A stretch of 58,225 nucleotides of DNA from Actinomycetota bacterium (lineage in GTDB: Bacteria; Actinomycetota; Actinomycetes; Mycobacteriales; SCTD01), in the NCBI GenBank assembly GCA_019348355.1, contig JAHWJP010000004.1, forward strand, positions 1 to 58,225, in the 5' to 3' direction. Shown here piece after piece: positions 36,988 to 45,593 of the stretch (position 1 is the first letter of the stretch; every line of letters begins with the position of its first letter). Both the position numbers and the translations under genes were made by a program. The notes below the pieces were generated by a model. It was given only the letters and a program-made list of their open reading frames with translations. It was not told the DNA's origin and did not search any database.

Positions 36988-37037
36988 CCGTCGACTTTAG
37001 GGGTGTCTGTCCCGGAGTGAAAGTCGGGGGGGCGCGC

Positions 37038-37460
37038 TCAGCTCTCGGGTGCCGCCGGCTCGAGGCGCAGGCTGACGCTGTTCATGCAGTAGCGGTCCCC
37101 GGTCGGTGTCTGCGGGGCGTCGTCGAACAGGTGCCCGAGGTGCGATCCGCACCGCGCGCACAGCGCCTCCGTGCGGACCATGCCGAGGGTGTAGTCCTTG
37201 CGGAGCTCGACCGCGTCCGTACTGCTCGGCGCGTAGAAGCTCGGCCAGCCGCAGTGCGAGTCGAACTTCGTCTCGCTGCGGAAGAGCTCGTTGCCGCAGG
37301 CGCGACAGGAGTAGACGCCGGTCGTCTTCGTGTCGTTGTACTCCCCGGTGAAGGGACGCTCGGTCCCGGCCCGGCGGAGCACGGCGTACTCCTGCTTGCT
37401 CAACTCCGCTCGCCACTGCTCGTCGGATTTCTGTACGGGGTAGCTCGTGTCGTCGCCCAT
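37038..37460 (-). CDS. msrB: Peptide-methionine (R)-S-oxide reductase
   Basis: GTERPFTG, CRAC, HCGWPSF, CARCGSHLGHLF, RYCMNS. Confidence 0.97.
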   Translation of the reverse strand: MGDDTSYPVQKSDEQWRAELSKQEYAVLRRAGTERPFTGEYNDTKTTGVYSCRACGNELFRSETKFDSHCGWPSFYAPSSTDAVELRKDYTLGMVRTEALCARCGSHLGHLFDDAPQTPTGDRYCMNSVSLRLEPAAPES

Positions 37461-37582
37461 GACAGTCTCAGCGCGGTGTGGCCGCCGGACATTCCACGAT
37501 CCCTTGCGTAACACGTCGCTGCTACGCTCGAGCGGTGGCGACAACGTTCCCGCAGATTTGAAGCCGGAGTTACGGTCGGCGC

Positions 37583-37678
37583 TACCGGCCGGCGGACAGC
37601 CTCATCGGCGCCACGACGCGGCACACCCGGGACGCCGACATGGTCGGCCTGCTCGGCGTCGATGTCCGGCTGGTGTGA
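37583..37678 (+). pseudogene. C-terminal remnant of a PIN-domain (VapC) toxin
   Basis: YRPADSLIGATTRHTRDADMVGLLGVDVRLV* resembles the VapC D-x-L-I-A-A-T...T-R-D-x-D tail; in-frame stop upstream. Confidence 0.4.
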
Positions 37679-37692
37679 GGGGTGAACCGCTG

Positions 37693-38721
37693 ATGGCGAG
37701 CCCCTTCGTCGAGCTCGAGGTCGACACCCCGACCGGGATGCGAACGGTCAAGGTGACCAATCCCGACAAGACCTACTTCTCCGGGTTGCCGGAGGGCCGC
37801 GGCCGCAAGCTGGACCTCGTCGAGTACTACCTGTCGGTCGCCGACGGCATCGTGCGCGCGCTGCGGGAGCGGCCGACGGTGCTCAAGCGCCACCCGGGCG
37901 GGGCGGAGGCGCCGGCGATCTACCAGAAGCGGGTCCCCGACAACCGGCCGCCGTGGATCGAGACGGCCACCGTGGCCTTTCCCAGCGGGCGGTCGGCGAC
38001 CGAGCTGTGCCCCGTCGACGTCGCCCACGTGATGTGGGCCGCGAACACCGGATGCCTGGACTTCCATCCCTGGCCCTCGCGGCGCTCGGACGTCGAGTCG
38101 CCCGACGAACTGCGCATCGACCTCGACCCGATGCCGGGCACCGGCTGGCCGGACATTCTCGAGATCGCTCTGGAGGTCCGCGCGGTCTTCGCGGAGCTGG
38201 GCTACCTGGCGTTTCCGAAGACCAGCGGCAGCAAGGGTGTTCACGTCTACGTCCGGGTCGCCCCCGAGCACACCTTCACCGATGTACGCCACGCGGCGCT
38301 CGCGGTGGCGCGCGAGGTGGAGCGCCGGCGCCCCGACCTCGCCACCGCGAAGTGGTGGAAGGAGGAGCGGGGGGAACGGGTGTTCCTGGACTTCAACCGG
38401 ATGGCCCGCGACCAGACGATTGCTTCGGCCTACAGCGTGCGCGCTCGGCCGCAGGCCACGGTGTCGGCGCCGGTCACCTGGGCGGAGCTGCCCGACTGCG
38501 AGATCGGTGACTTCGACATCTGGACGATGCGGGACCGCTTCGCCGTGCTCGGCGACGTGCACGCGGCGATCGACGACGTGGCGCACGACCTTGCGCCCTT
38601 GCTCGAGATGTACGACCGGCAAGGTGACGGCGAGGCGCCGTACCCGCCGCAGTTCCCGAAGATGGAGGGCGAGCCGCTGCGCGTACAGCCGTCGCGCGCC
38701 AAGTCCCGCCCGCCGGGGTGA
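37693..38721 (+). CDS. Stand-alone LigD-type primase-polymerase (Prim-PolC-like)
   Basis: TNPDK, YQKR, ELRIDLDP, KTSGSKGVH, WWKEERG, AYSVR. Confidence 0.92.
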   Translation: MASPFVELEVDTPTGMRTVKVTNPDKTYFSGLPEGRGRKLDLVEYYLSVADGIVRALRERPTVLKRHPGGAEAPAIYQKRVPDNRPPWIETATVAFPSGRSATELCPVDVAHVMWAANTGCLDFHPWPSRRSDVESPDELRIDLDPMPGTGWPDILEIALEVRAVFAELGYLAFPKTSGSKGVHVYVRVAPEHTFTDVRHAALAVAREVERRRPDLATAKWWKEERGERVFLDFNRMARDQTIASAYSVRARPQATVSAPVTWAELPDCEIGDFDIWTMRDRFAVLGDVHAAIDDVAHDLAPLLEMYDRQGDGEAPYPPQFPKMEGEPLRVQPSRAKSRPPG

Positions 38722-38736
38722 CCCCAGCCCCCACGC

Positions 38737-38811
38737 GTTGATCATCCGCAGGATCACCGTCCTCACGCCGTCGGCCTGCCCCTGACGACGGCCAGCCTGC
38801 GGATGATCAAC
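38737..38811. repeat. 16-bp perfect inverted repeat (GTTGATCAT-type REP / terminator)
   Basis: GTTGATCATCCGCAGG at 38737-38752 and CCTGCGGATGATCAAC at 38796-38811, between convergent genes. Confidence 0.85.
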
Positions 38812-38827
38812 AGGCGGGCCGGGCCGG

Positions 38828-39688
38828 TCACCGGGTCGGGATCCGGAGCAGCCCCTCCTGCACGACGCTGACCGCCAGCTGCCCGTCGCGGGTGAAGATC
38901 GAGCCTCGGGCGAGGCCTCGGGCGGCTCCCGCCCACGGCGACTCCTGGTCGTAGAGCCACCACTGGTCGGCGCGGAACGGCCGGTGGAACCACATGGCGT
39001 GGTCCAGGCTCGCGCCCAGGACCTCACCGGTGCCCCACGCGAGCCCGTGGTTGAGCAGCGTGGAGTCCAGCAGGGTCATGTCGCTGGCGAACGTCACGGC
39101 GCATACATGCAGCAGCGGGTCGTCGGGAAGGGTGCCGTCGGCCCGCATCCACACCCGCGAGCTGGGCTTGCGGTGACCGAGCTCCATCGCCACCCGCGGC
39201 GGCTCGTCGACGTAGCGGGCGTCAATCGCGCGGGGCCGGCTGTACCAGCCGCCCATCTCGTCGGCGTAGGGCTTCATCCGCTCGGGAAGCGTCGTCAGCG
39301 TCTCGGGCGCCGGCACCTCCGGCATCGGGAACTGGTGCTCGATCCCGGCCTCGGACAGCTGGAAGGAGGCCGACAGGTTGAAGATCGGCTTGCCGCGCTG
39401 GATGGCGACCACGCGCCGGGTGGTGAAGCTGCGCCCGTCCCGGATGCGGTCGACCTCGTACACGATCGGGATGCTCGGGTCACCGGGCCGCAGGAAGTAG
39501 GCGTGCAGGCTGTGCACCGCGCGCTCCTCCGGCACGGTCCGCCCCGCAGCGACGAGGGCCTGACCAGCCACCTGGCCGCCGAACACCCGCTGCATCGAGT
39601 CCTGCGGCTGCTTGCCGCGGAAGATGTCGAGCTCGATCTGCTCGAGGTCCAGCAGCTCGATCAGGTCGTCGAGCGGGGTCGTCGTCAC
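38828..39688 (-). CDS. tesB: Acyl-CoA thioesterase II
   Basis: RVFGGQVAGQ, HSLHAYFL, RDGRSF, ASLDHAMWFH, QEGL. Confidence 0.95.
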   Translation of the reverse strand: MTTTPLDDLIELLDLEQIELDIFRGKQPQDSMQRVFGGQVAGQALVAAGRTVPEERAVHSLHAYFLRPGDPSIPIVYEVDRIRDGRSFTTRRVVAIQRGKPIFNLSASFQLSEAGIEHQFPMPEVPAPETLTTLPERMKPYADEMGGWYSRPRAIDARYVDEPPRVAMELGHRKPSSRVWMRADGTLPDDPLLHVCAVTFASDMTLLDSTLLNHGLAWGTGEVLGASLDHAMWFHRPFRADQWWLYDQESPWAGAARGLARGSIFTRDGQLAVSVVQEGLLRIPTR

Positions 39689-41313
39689 TCGCGGAGTCTG
39701 CCAGCCTCGACCGTGACGGTGCGGTCGAGCGCGACCGCGGCGAGCATCCGGCGGTCGTGCGTGACGAGCAGCAGCGCGCCGTCGTACACCGTCAGTGCCT
39801 GCTCGAGCTGCTCGATCGCGGCCAGGTCGAGGTGGTTGGTCGGCTCGTCGAGGACGAGGCAGTTCACGCCGACAGCCTGCAGCAGCGCGAGGCCGGCGCG
39901 CGTCTTCTCGCCGGGTGACAGCGTCGCGGCGGGGCGGTTCACGTGGTCGGCCTTCAGCCCGTACTTCGCGAGCAGCGTCCGCACCTCCGATGCGGGCCAC
40001 GAGGTCGCCTGCTCGACCAGCTCGACCACGGAGACGTTTCCGCGGAAACGCGCCCGTCCCTGGTCCAGCTCGCCGATGGAGATGCCGGGTCCGAGTGACT
40101 GCCGGCCGGAGGTCAGCGGCAGCCGGCCGAGCAGCGCCTCCAGCAGGGTGGTCTTGCCGGACCCGTTCGCTCCGACGACGGCGATCCGTTCGCCGCAGGA
40201 GACCTGCAGGTCAACCGGTCCGAGGGTGAAGGCGCCGCGCTCCACGACTGCACCGGCCAGCACCGCGACGACGTCGCCGCCGCGTGGTGCGGCGGCGATG
40301 GACATCTGCAGCTGCCACTGCTTGCGCGGTTCCGGGACCTCGTCGAGGTGGCGCAGCTGGGACTCGATCGTCTTGACCCGGCCGGCCGCATGTGTCGCCG
40401 CCTCGATGCGGGCGCCCTTCGCGGCGCGGTCGTTGTCGGGCATCCGGCGCTTGGCGCGCACGGCGCCGCGTACCGACTGCTCCCGCTGGCGCTGCGCCTG
40501 GTCGACCAGTCCCGACCGCTTGTCCTCGTAGTCCTCGTACTGCTCGCGGGCCTGCGTCCGGCGCCGCGCGCGCTCCTCCAGATAGGCGTCGTAACCGCCG
40601 CCGAACAACGTCGCAGTCCGGGTCGGCTTGTCGAGATCGAGCACGGAAGTCACTGTGCGGGAGAGGAACTCGCGGTCGTGGGAGACCACGACGAGGCCGG
40701 ACTGGAGTCCCCGCACGAACCTCTCGAGTCGCTCGAGCCCGGCGAAGTCCAAGTCGTTGGTCGGCTCGTCCAGCAGGAACACGTCGTAGCGGGAGAGCAG
40801 CACCGAGGCGAGCGACGCCCGGGCTGCCTGTCCCCCTGACAGCGAGAGCGTCTGCACTTCCAGCAGGTTCAGCGGCAGGCCGAGATCGGCGCAGACCTGC
40901 TCGGCGCGCACGTCCAGGTCGGCGCCGCCGAGGTCGAGCCATCGCTCGAGCGCCTCGTTGTAGTCGGGTCCGTCCCGGCCCTCGGACAGCGCTGCCGTCG
41001 CCTCGTCCAGTGCGACCTGTGCTGCGGCGACGCCGGTCCGTCGGGCCAGGAAAGCTGCCAGCGTCTCTCCCGGTCGCCGGTCCGGCTCCTGCGGCAGCAG
41101 GCCGACGGTGGCGGTGCGCGGGGCCAGCGACACCGATCCGGTGTCGGGCTGCAACCCACCGGCGAGCGCGGTGAGCAGGGTGGTCTTGCCGGCGCCGTTG
41201 GGTCCGACGACCCCGATGCGGGCGCCGGGCGCCACGGTGAGTGAGACGCCGGACAGCACCAGCGACGGGCCGCGGACGACGGTCAGGTCGGACGCGACGA
41301 GGGTGGCGGACAC
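39685..41313 (-). CDS. ABC-F family ATPase
   Basis: Two NBDs (GPNGAGKT, LSGGQ, LDEPTND; GANGSGKT, LSPGE, LDEPTNH), no TM. Confidence 0.93.
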   Translation of the reverse strand: MSATLVASDLTVVRGPSLVLSGVSLTVAPGARIGVVGPNGAGKTTLLTALAGGLQPDTGSVSLAPRTATVGLLPQEPDRRPGETLAAFLARRTGVAAAQVALDEATAALSEGRDGPDYNEALERWLDLGGADLDVRAEQVCADLGLPLNLLEVQTLSLSGGQAARASLASVLLSRYDVFLLDEPTNDLDFAGLERLERFVRGLQSGLVVVSHDREFLSRTVTSVLDLDKPTRTATLFGGGYDAYLEERARRRTQAREQYEDYEDKRSGLVDQAQRQREQSVRGAVRAKRRMPDNDRAAKGARIEAATHAAGRVKTIESQLRHLDEVPEPRKQWQLQMSIAAAPRGGDVVAVLAGAVVERGAFTLGPVDLQVSCGERIAVVGANGSGKTTLLEALLGRLPLTSGRQSLGPGISIGELDQGRARFRGNVSVVELVEQATSWPASEVRTLLAKYGLKADHVNRPAATLSPGEKTRAGLALLQAVGVNCLVLDEPTNHLDLAAIEQLEQALTVYDGALLLVTHDRRMLAAVALDRTVTVEAGRLRE

Positions 41314-41344
41314 GGTCGGCGACGATACCGAGGAGGGTCCGTCC

Positions 41345-42397
41345 TCAGGCGCCGAGAACCTCGCCGAGGTCGAACCGCACCGGCCGCTCCAGCTGCGCGT
41401 ACGTGCAGGACTCGGGTGTGCGGTCGGGCCGGAAGTGCCGGAACTGTGCGGTGTGGCGAAAGCGCGCGCCCTCCATGTGGTCGTACGCCACCTCGACCAC
41501 GAGCTCGGGCCGTAGCGGAACGAAGGCCATGTCCTTGTCCCGGTTCCACCGGGACGGCTCGCCACCGGGCCGCCGCTCGGAGCCGAGCTCGCCGAGCCAC
41601 GGGTGGCCCCCGCCCTCCCCGAGCAGGTACGGGCGGAGCTCCTCGACCAGCTCGGCCCGCCGCGCCATCGAGAACGACGCGGCGACCCCGACGTGCTGCA
41701 GTGCTCCGGCCTCGTCATGGAGCCCGAGCACCAGCGAGCCGACCACCGGGCCGCTCTTGTGCCATCGGAACGCCCCGACGACGCAGTCAGCCGTACGAGC
41801 GTGCTTGACCTTCAGCATCGTTCGCTTGTCGGGGGAGTAGCCCCCGGACAGGGGTTTGGCGATCACCCCGTCCAGGCCGGCGCCCTCGAAGACGGTGAAC
41901 CACTGCCGGGCCAGCGCCGGGTCTGTCGTCGCGGGCGTGAGATGGACCGGGGGTGCGGACGTCGCGAGTGCCTGCTCCAGCAGCTGCCGCCGTTCGCCCT
42001 GCGGCCGGGCGAGCAGCGAATCCTGCTCCAGCGCAAGCAGGTCGAAGGCGACGAAGGAGGCCGGCGTCGTCGCCGCGAGCATCCGCACCCTGGAGTCGGC
42101 CGGATGCACGCGTTGCAGCAGCGCCTCGAAGTCCAGGCCGCGGGCCCCGGCGATGACGATCTCGCCGTCGACGACGCACCGGTCGGGCAGCTGCGCGCGT
42201 ACCGCCTCGACGACCTCCGGGAAGTAGCGGGTGAGCGGGCGTTCGTTGCGGCTGCCGAGCTCGACGTCGTCGCCGTCACGAAAGACGATGCAGCGAAAGC
42301 CGTCCCACTTCGGCTCGTAGAGGAACTCCCCGGTCGGCACCTCCGCGACGGACTTCGCCAGCATCGGCTTGACGGGAGGCAGAACTGGCAGGTCCAT
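41345..42397 (-). CDS. ligC: ATP-dependent DNA ligase C
   Basis: PMLAK, EPKWDGFR, DGEIV, FDLL, DGVIAK, RFRH. Confidence 0.93.
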   Translation of the reverse strand: MDLPVLPPVKPMLAKSVAEVPTGEFLYEPKWDGFRCIVFRDGDDVELGSRNERPLTRYFPEVVEAVRAQLPDRCVVDGEIVIAGARGLDFEALLQRVHPADSRVRMLAATTPASFVAFDLLALEQDSLLARPQGERRQLLEQALATSAPPVHLTPATTDPALARQWFTVFEGAGLDGVIAKPLSGGYSPDKRTMLKVKHARTADCVVGAFRWHKSGPVVGSLVLGLHDEAGALQHVGVAASFSMARRAELVEELRPYLLGEGGGHPWLGELGSERRPGGEPSRWNRDKDMAFVPLRPELVVEVAYDHMEGARFRHTAQFRHFRPDRTPESCTYAQLERPVRFDLGEVLGA

Positions 42398-42467
42398 GCC
42401 GGCATCTTCCCAGGTGCGCGGGTCGCGGTCGGGCCGAGCGGCAGCAGGGCCGGCGCGCGACGCGGCG

Positions 42468-42902
42468 TCAGCCGCCGCTCGTCTCGCTGCCGTCGGCCCG
42501 GGCCACGAGAGCCTCGGCGACGTCGCGGAGCTTGCGGTTCGTGTCCTGCGACAGTCGCACCAGGATCGTGAACGCCTCGTCGGCGCCGCAGCGGCGATCC
42601 CCCATGAGGATGCCCTCAGGACCGGCTCGCCACCGGCAATGGAGTCGAGGCACGGGCCGTAGCCGTGCGCGTACTGCCGCTCGTCGAGCTTGTTGGCCAA
42701 CGGCCCGGTGAACGCCACCGTCTTCGCCGTGCCGCCTTCGACCAGGGGTCACCGACGCCTCATGGGCGCCTGGGACCGCACGCTTGGTCAAGGTCGCGAT
42801 CTTGTCCATGACGCTGTCCACGGAGTGATCCGCGAGAGTGATGCGGGCGAGTTCACCGAAGGCGTCCCGCGGTTGCATGGCTTCGGTTTCCTGATCGGGC
42901 AT
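42468..42902 (-). pseudogene. GAF + ANTAR RNA-binding regulator, frameshifted and internally deleted
   Basis: The GAF segment LDERQY..GPCLD is in a different frame from the N-terminus and from the ANTAR tail (GILM...AFTILVRLSQDTNRKLRDVA). Confidence 0.75.
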
Positions 42903-43029
42903 GTTGGGGGCCTGTCCGTCGTCGCGCCCGCAAGACCTGATGGCTCGAGGCTGGGAGAGGCAACTGCTCGCCTCGCCACGCGCGCCGCTTCCTGACACCC
43001 GCTTGCCGCCTCGTCGGACGGCCCAGGCC

Positions 43030-43875
43030 TCAGCGACTACCGGCCAGGAACGGCCCGAGCGCGGCGACCAGCGCAGCCGGCTCCTCCTCGGCGAGCCAGT
43101 GGGTCGCCCCCGGTAGCACGACCTCCGTCACGTCGTCCGCGACCTCGCGCAGGCTCGCGGCCGGCAGTCCACCGATTCCGCGCGACCCGCCGACGGCCAG
43201 CACCGGAACGGTGACCCGGCCGGGATCGTCTGAGGGCGCGGTGAGTTCCTCATACGGCGCGAAGGCCCCCCGCAGGTGACCCGGCCGGCGCAGTGCAGCT
43301 GCGGACTCGGCGATCAGGTCCGGCGGGTAGGGGCACGGGTTGCGGGCCGCGCAGACGAAGTCGCGCACGTGCTGGGCCTCCCGGCCGCGGGTGCGCTCGA
43401 CCATGCGATCCACGTCGGCGTGCCGGGCGATGTGCGGCGCGGACAGCGGTCCGGCCGCCGCTGCGGTGCCGGGGATCACTGCTTCGAGCACCGCCAACCG
43501 TTCGACCAGGCCGGGGTTGTCGCGGGTGAGGGCGAAAGCCACCTGCCCGCCGAGGTCTGTGCCGACGACTGACGCCCGGGTCACGCCGAGCTCCCGCAGG
43601 AGGGCCGCGACGTCATCGGCCCGGCTGCTGACGTCGTAGTCGCCGTCGGGTGCGGGCGAATCGCCCTGACCCCGCTGGTCGACGACGACGACGCGGTGGC
43701 GCTCGGCCAGCGCCGGCGCGACCGCCCGCCAGGAGGCGGCCGTCTGCGGATGGCCGTGCAGCAGGACGACCACGGGTCCCTCACCGGTGACCGTGTACGC
43801 CAGGCGTACCGGCGCGGACCGGCCCGGGGCGGCGCACCCTGCGACGAGCAGGAGGACGAGCGCGACGCGGAGCAT
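43030..43875 (-). CDS. Alpha/beta hydrolase (epoxide hydrolase/dehalogenase type) with lipoprotein signal
   Basis: VAGC lipobox, LHGHP, DQRGQG, GTDLGG, HWLAEE. Confidence 0.85.
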   Translation of the reverse strand: MLRVALVLLLVAGCAAPGRSAPVRLAYTVTGEGPVVVLLHGHPQTAASWRAVAPALAERHRVVVVDQRGQGDSPAPDGDYDVSSRADDVAALLRELGVTRASVVGTDLGGQVAFALTRDNPGLVERLAVLEAVIPGTAAAAGPLSAPHIARHADVDRMVERTRGREAQHVRDFVCAARNPCPYPPDLIAESAAALRRPGHLRGAFAPYEELTAPSDDPGRVTVPVLAVGGSRGIGGLPAASLREVADDVTEVVLPGATHWLAEEEPAALVAALGPFLAGSR

Positions 43876-43913
43876 GCGAGGGTCCTACCCATGGGACGGC
43901 AGGGCCCGCCGGG

Positions 43914-44333
43914 GTGAGCGTGCGACAGCGGGCGCGGCGTGCCTCCCCGTACGCCCTGGCCGCGCTTCTCACGGCCACCGGCCTGGTCCACTTCATCTCC
44001 CCCGGCTCCTACGACGGGCTCATCCCACCCTTTCTGCCGAACCCGCGGGCGTGGATCTACGGCAGCGGCATCGCCGAACTCGCCTGCGCAGCGGCGGTGG
44101 CGATCCCGGCGACCCGGCGCGGGGGAGGTCTGGCTTCGGCGGTGCTGTTCGTCGCGGTGTTCCCGGGGAACCTGTACATGGCGATCGAGCCGGGCGACGT
44201 GCCGCGGTGGGCGGCTCTGGCGCGACTGCCGCTGCAGATCCCGCTGGTGCTGTGGGCGCTGCAGGTCGCCCGCCGGACGGTCAGAGCTCCCGGGCGGCGA
44301 GCGTGGCCCGGCCGATCTCGATCAGCGGGGTGA
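43914..44333 (+). CDS. DoxX-like small membrane protein
   Basis: GLVHF...SGIAEL...VFPGN...RLPLQ. Confidence 0.85.
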   Translation: MSVRQRARRASPYALAALLTATGLVHFISPGSYDGLIPPFLPNPRAWIYGSGIAELACAAAVAIPATRRGGGLASAVLFVAVFPGNLYMAIEPGDVPRWAALARLPLQIPLVLWALQVARRTVRAPGRRAWPGRSRSAG

Positions 44334-45321
44334 TCCGGCCCGCGATGTCGTCGAAGCCGGAGCCCACCATGGCGCCGCCGCGAACCCGGGCGACGATCCC
44401 GGCGCAGACGACGGCCAGCTTGAAGGCGGCGAAGGCGGCGTACCAGGGCAGGGGGGTCAGGTCGAGCCCGGTGCGCCCGGCGTAGAGCGCCGCGACCTCG
44501 GCCCGGGTCGGGAAGCCCTCGAGGACGGTCGCGGCCGGCACGACCGCCGCCTGCCTCCTGGTCGTCCCGTCGTCGGCCTGCGACCAGTAGCCCAGCAGCA
44601 CACCGAGGTCGGCCAGCGGGTCCCCGAGTGTCGACATCTCCCAGTCGAGCACTGCGGCGATCCGGCCGGGCTCGGCCGGGTCGAGGATCGTGTTGTCGAG
44701 CCGGTAGTCACCGTGCACCACCGTGTGTCGCTGGGTGGTGGGCACCGCCGCCGCGAGATCGGCGGCCAGGACGTCGAGCGCGTCGTGACCGTCGATGCGC
44801 GTGGCCTCCCACTGGCGACCCCACCGGCGTACCTGCCGTTCCAGATAGCCTTCCGGCCGGCCGAACTCGGCCAGCCCGACGCCCGCCGGCTCCACCTCGT
44901 GCAGTGCGGCGAGCACCTCGATCAGCCCCTCACCGATCGCGCGCCGCTGCTCGGGCTGCACCGCGTAGCCCGCCGGCAGGGACTCCCGGCAGACGTGGCC
45001 GTCGACCAGCTCCATGACGTAGAAGGACTGCCCGAGCAGGTCGGCGTCGGTACACAGGCTCAGCATCCGCGGCACCGGCACGGCGGTGCCCTGCAGGGCA
45101 GCCATGACCGTGTGCTCCCGGACCATGTCGTGCGCTGTCGGCAACACGTACCCCAGCGGCGGCCGGCGCAGCACGACCGCGCCGGCGGCGGAGACCACGC
45201 GGTACGTCAGGTTGCTCTTGCCACCCGCGATCAGACCGACCTCGCAGTCCTGCCAGTCAGGATCGCCGAGCGCGGTGGCGAGGTATCGGCCCACGACGGA
45301 CGGGTCGGCGCCGGCGGTCAT
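44281..45321 (-). CDS. APH-family phosphotransferase (ACAD10/11 N-terminal-like)
   Basis: GGKSNLTY, LRRPP, AHDMVRE, HGDYRLDN, LDWEMSTLGDP. Confidence 0.92.
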   Translation of the reverse strand: MTAGADPSVVGRYLATALGDPDWQDCEVGLIAGGKSNLTYRVVSAAGAVVLRRPPLGYVLPTAHDMVREHTVMAALQGTAVPVPRMLSLCTDADLLGQSFYVMELVDGHVCRESLPAGYAVQPEQRRAIGEGLIEVLAALHEVEPAGVGLAEFGRPEGYLERQVRRWGRQWEATRIDGHDALDVLAADLAAAVPTTQRHTVVHGDYRLDNTILDPAEPGRIAAVLDWEMSTLGDPLADLGVLLGYWSQADDGTTRRQAAVVPAATVLEGFPTRAEVAALYAGRTGLDLTPLPWYAAFAAFKLAVVCAGIVARVRGGAMVGSGFDDIAGRITPLIEIGRATLAAREL

Positions 45322-45373
45322 GCGCACGACCGTAGGACGTGACGGCGGCCAGGCGGTGGGTAGGGACGCCGGC

Positions 45374-45583
45374 ATGAGCGAACCCCAGCCTGATCCAGAC
45401 CTCGCCGGTGCCGGTCTGTCGGCGACCGGCAAGACCGCGTCGGACTTCGAGCCGGGCGATCCGTCACCGGGCACGACCTACGGCGCGCCGGCCGGGACCG
45501 GCGCCGAGGAGCAGGAGTCGAACGCCAGACCTGCCGATCAGGACGCCGGGAAGTCGGCCGAGGGTGACGCCGAAGGCGACTGA
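45374..45583 (+). CDS. Small acidic, probably disordered protein (69 aa)
   Basis: MSEPQPDPD...GDAEGD; D/E/G/P-rich; fills the gap before zapE. Confidence 0.65.
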   Translation: MSEPQPDPDLAGAGLSATGKTASDFEPGDPSPGTTYGAPAGTGAEEQESNARPADQDAGKSAEGDAEGD

Positions 45584-45593
45584 GCCCGCGCCG

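Noticed and set aside
39685-41340. ABC-F as an attenuator-controlled antibiotic-resistance gene
   Set aside because: The start looks leaderless with no room for a leader peptide; the subfamily cannot be assigned by eye.
41345-42718. GAF-ligase fusion suggested by the 457-aa track ORF
   Set aside because: The extension is the out-of-frame piece of the GAF-ANTAR pseudogene; ligC starts at ATG 42397.
44281-45321. Aminoglycoside resistance kinase
   Set aside because: Motifs fit the widespread ACAD10/11-like APH family, not characterised resistance enzymes.
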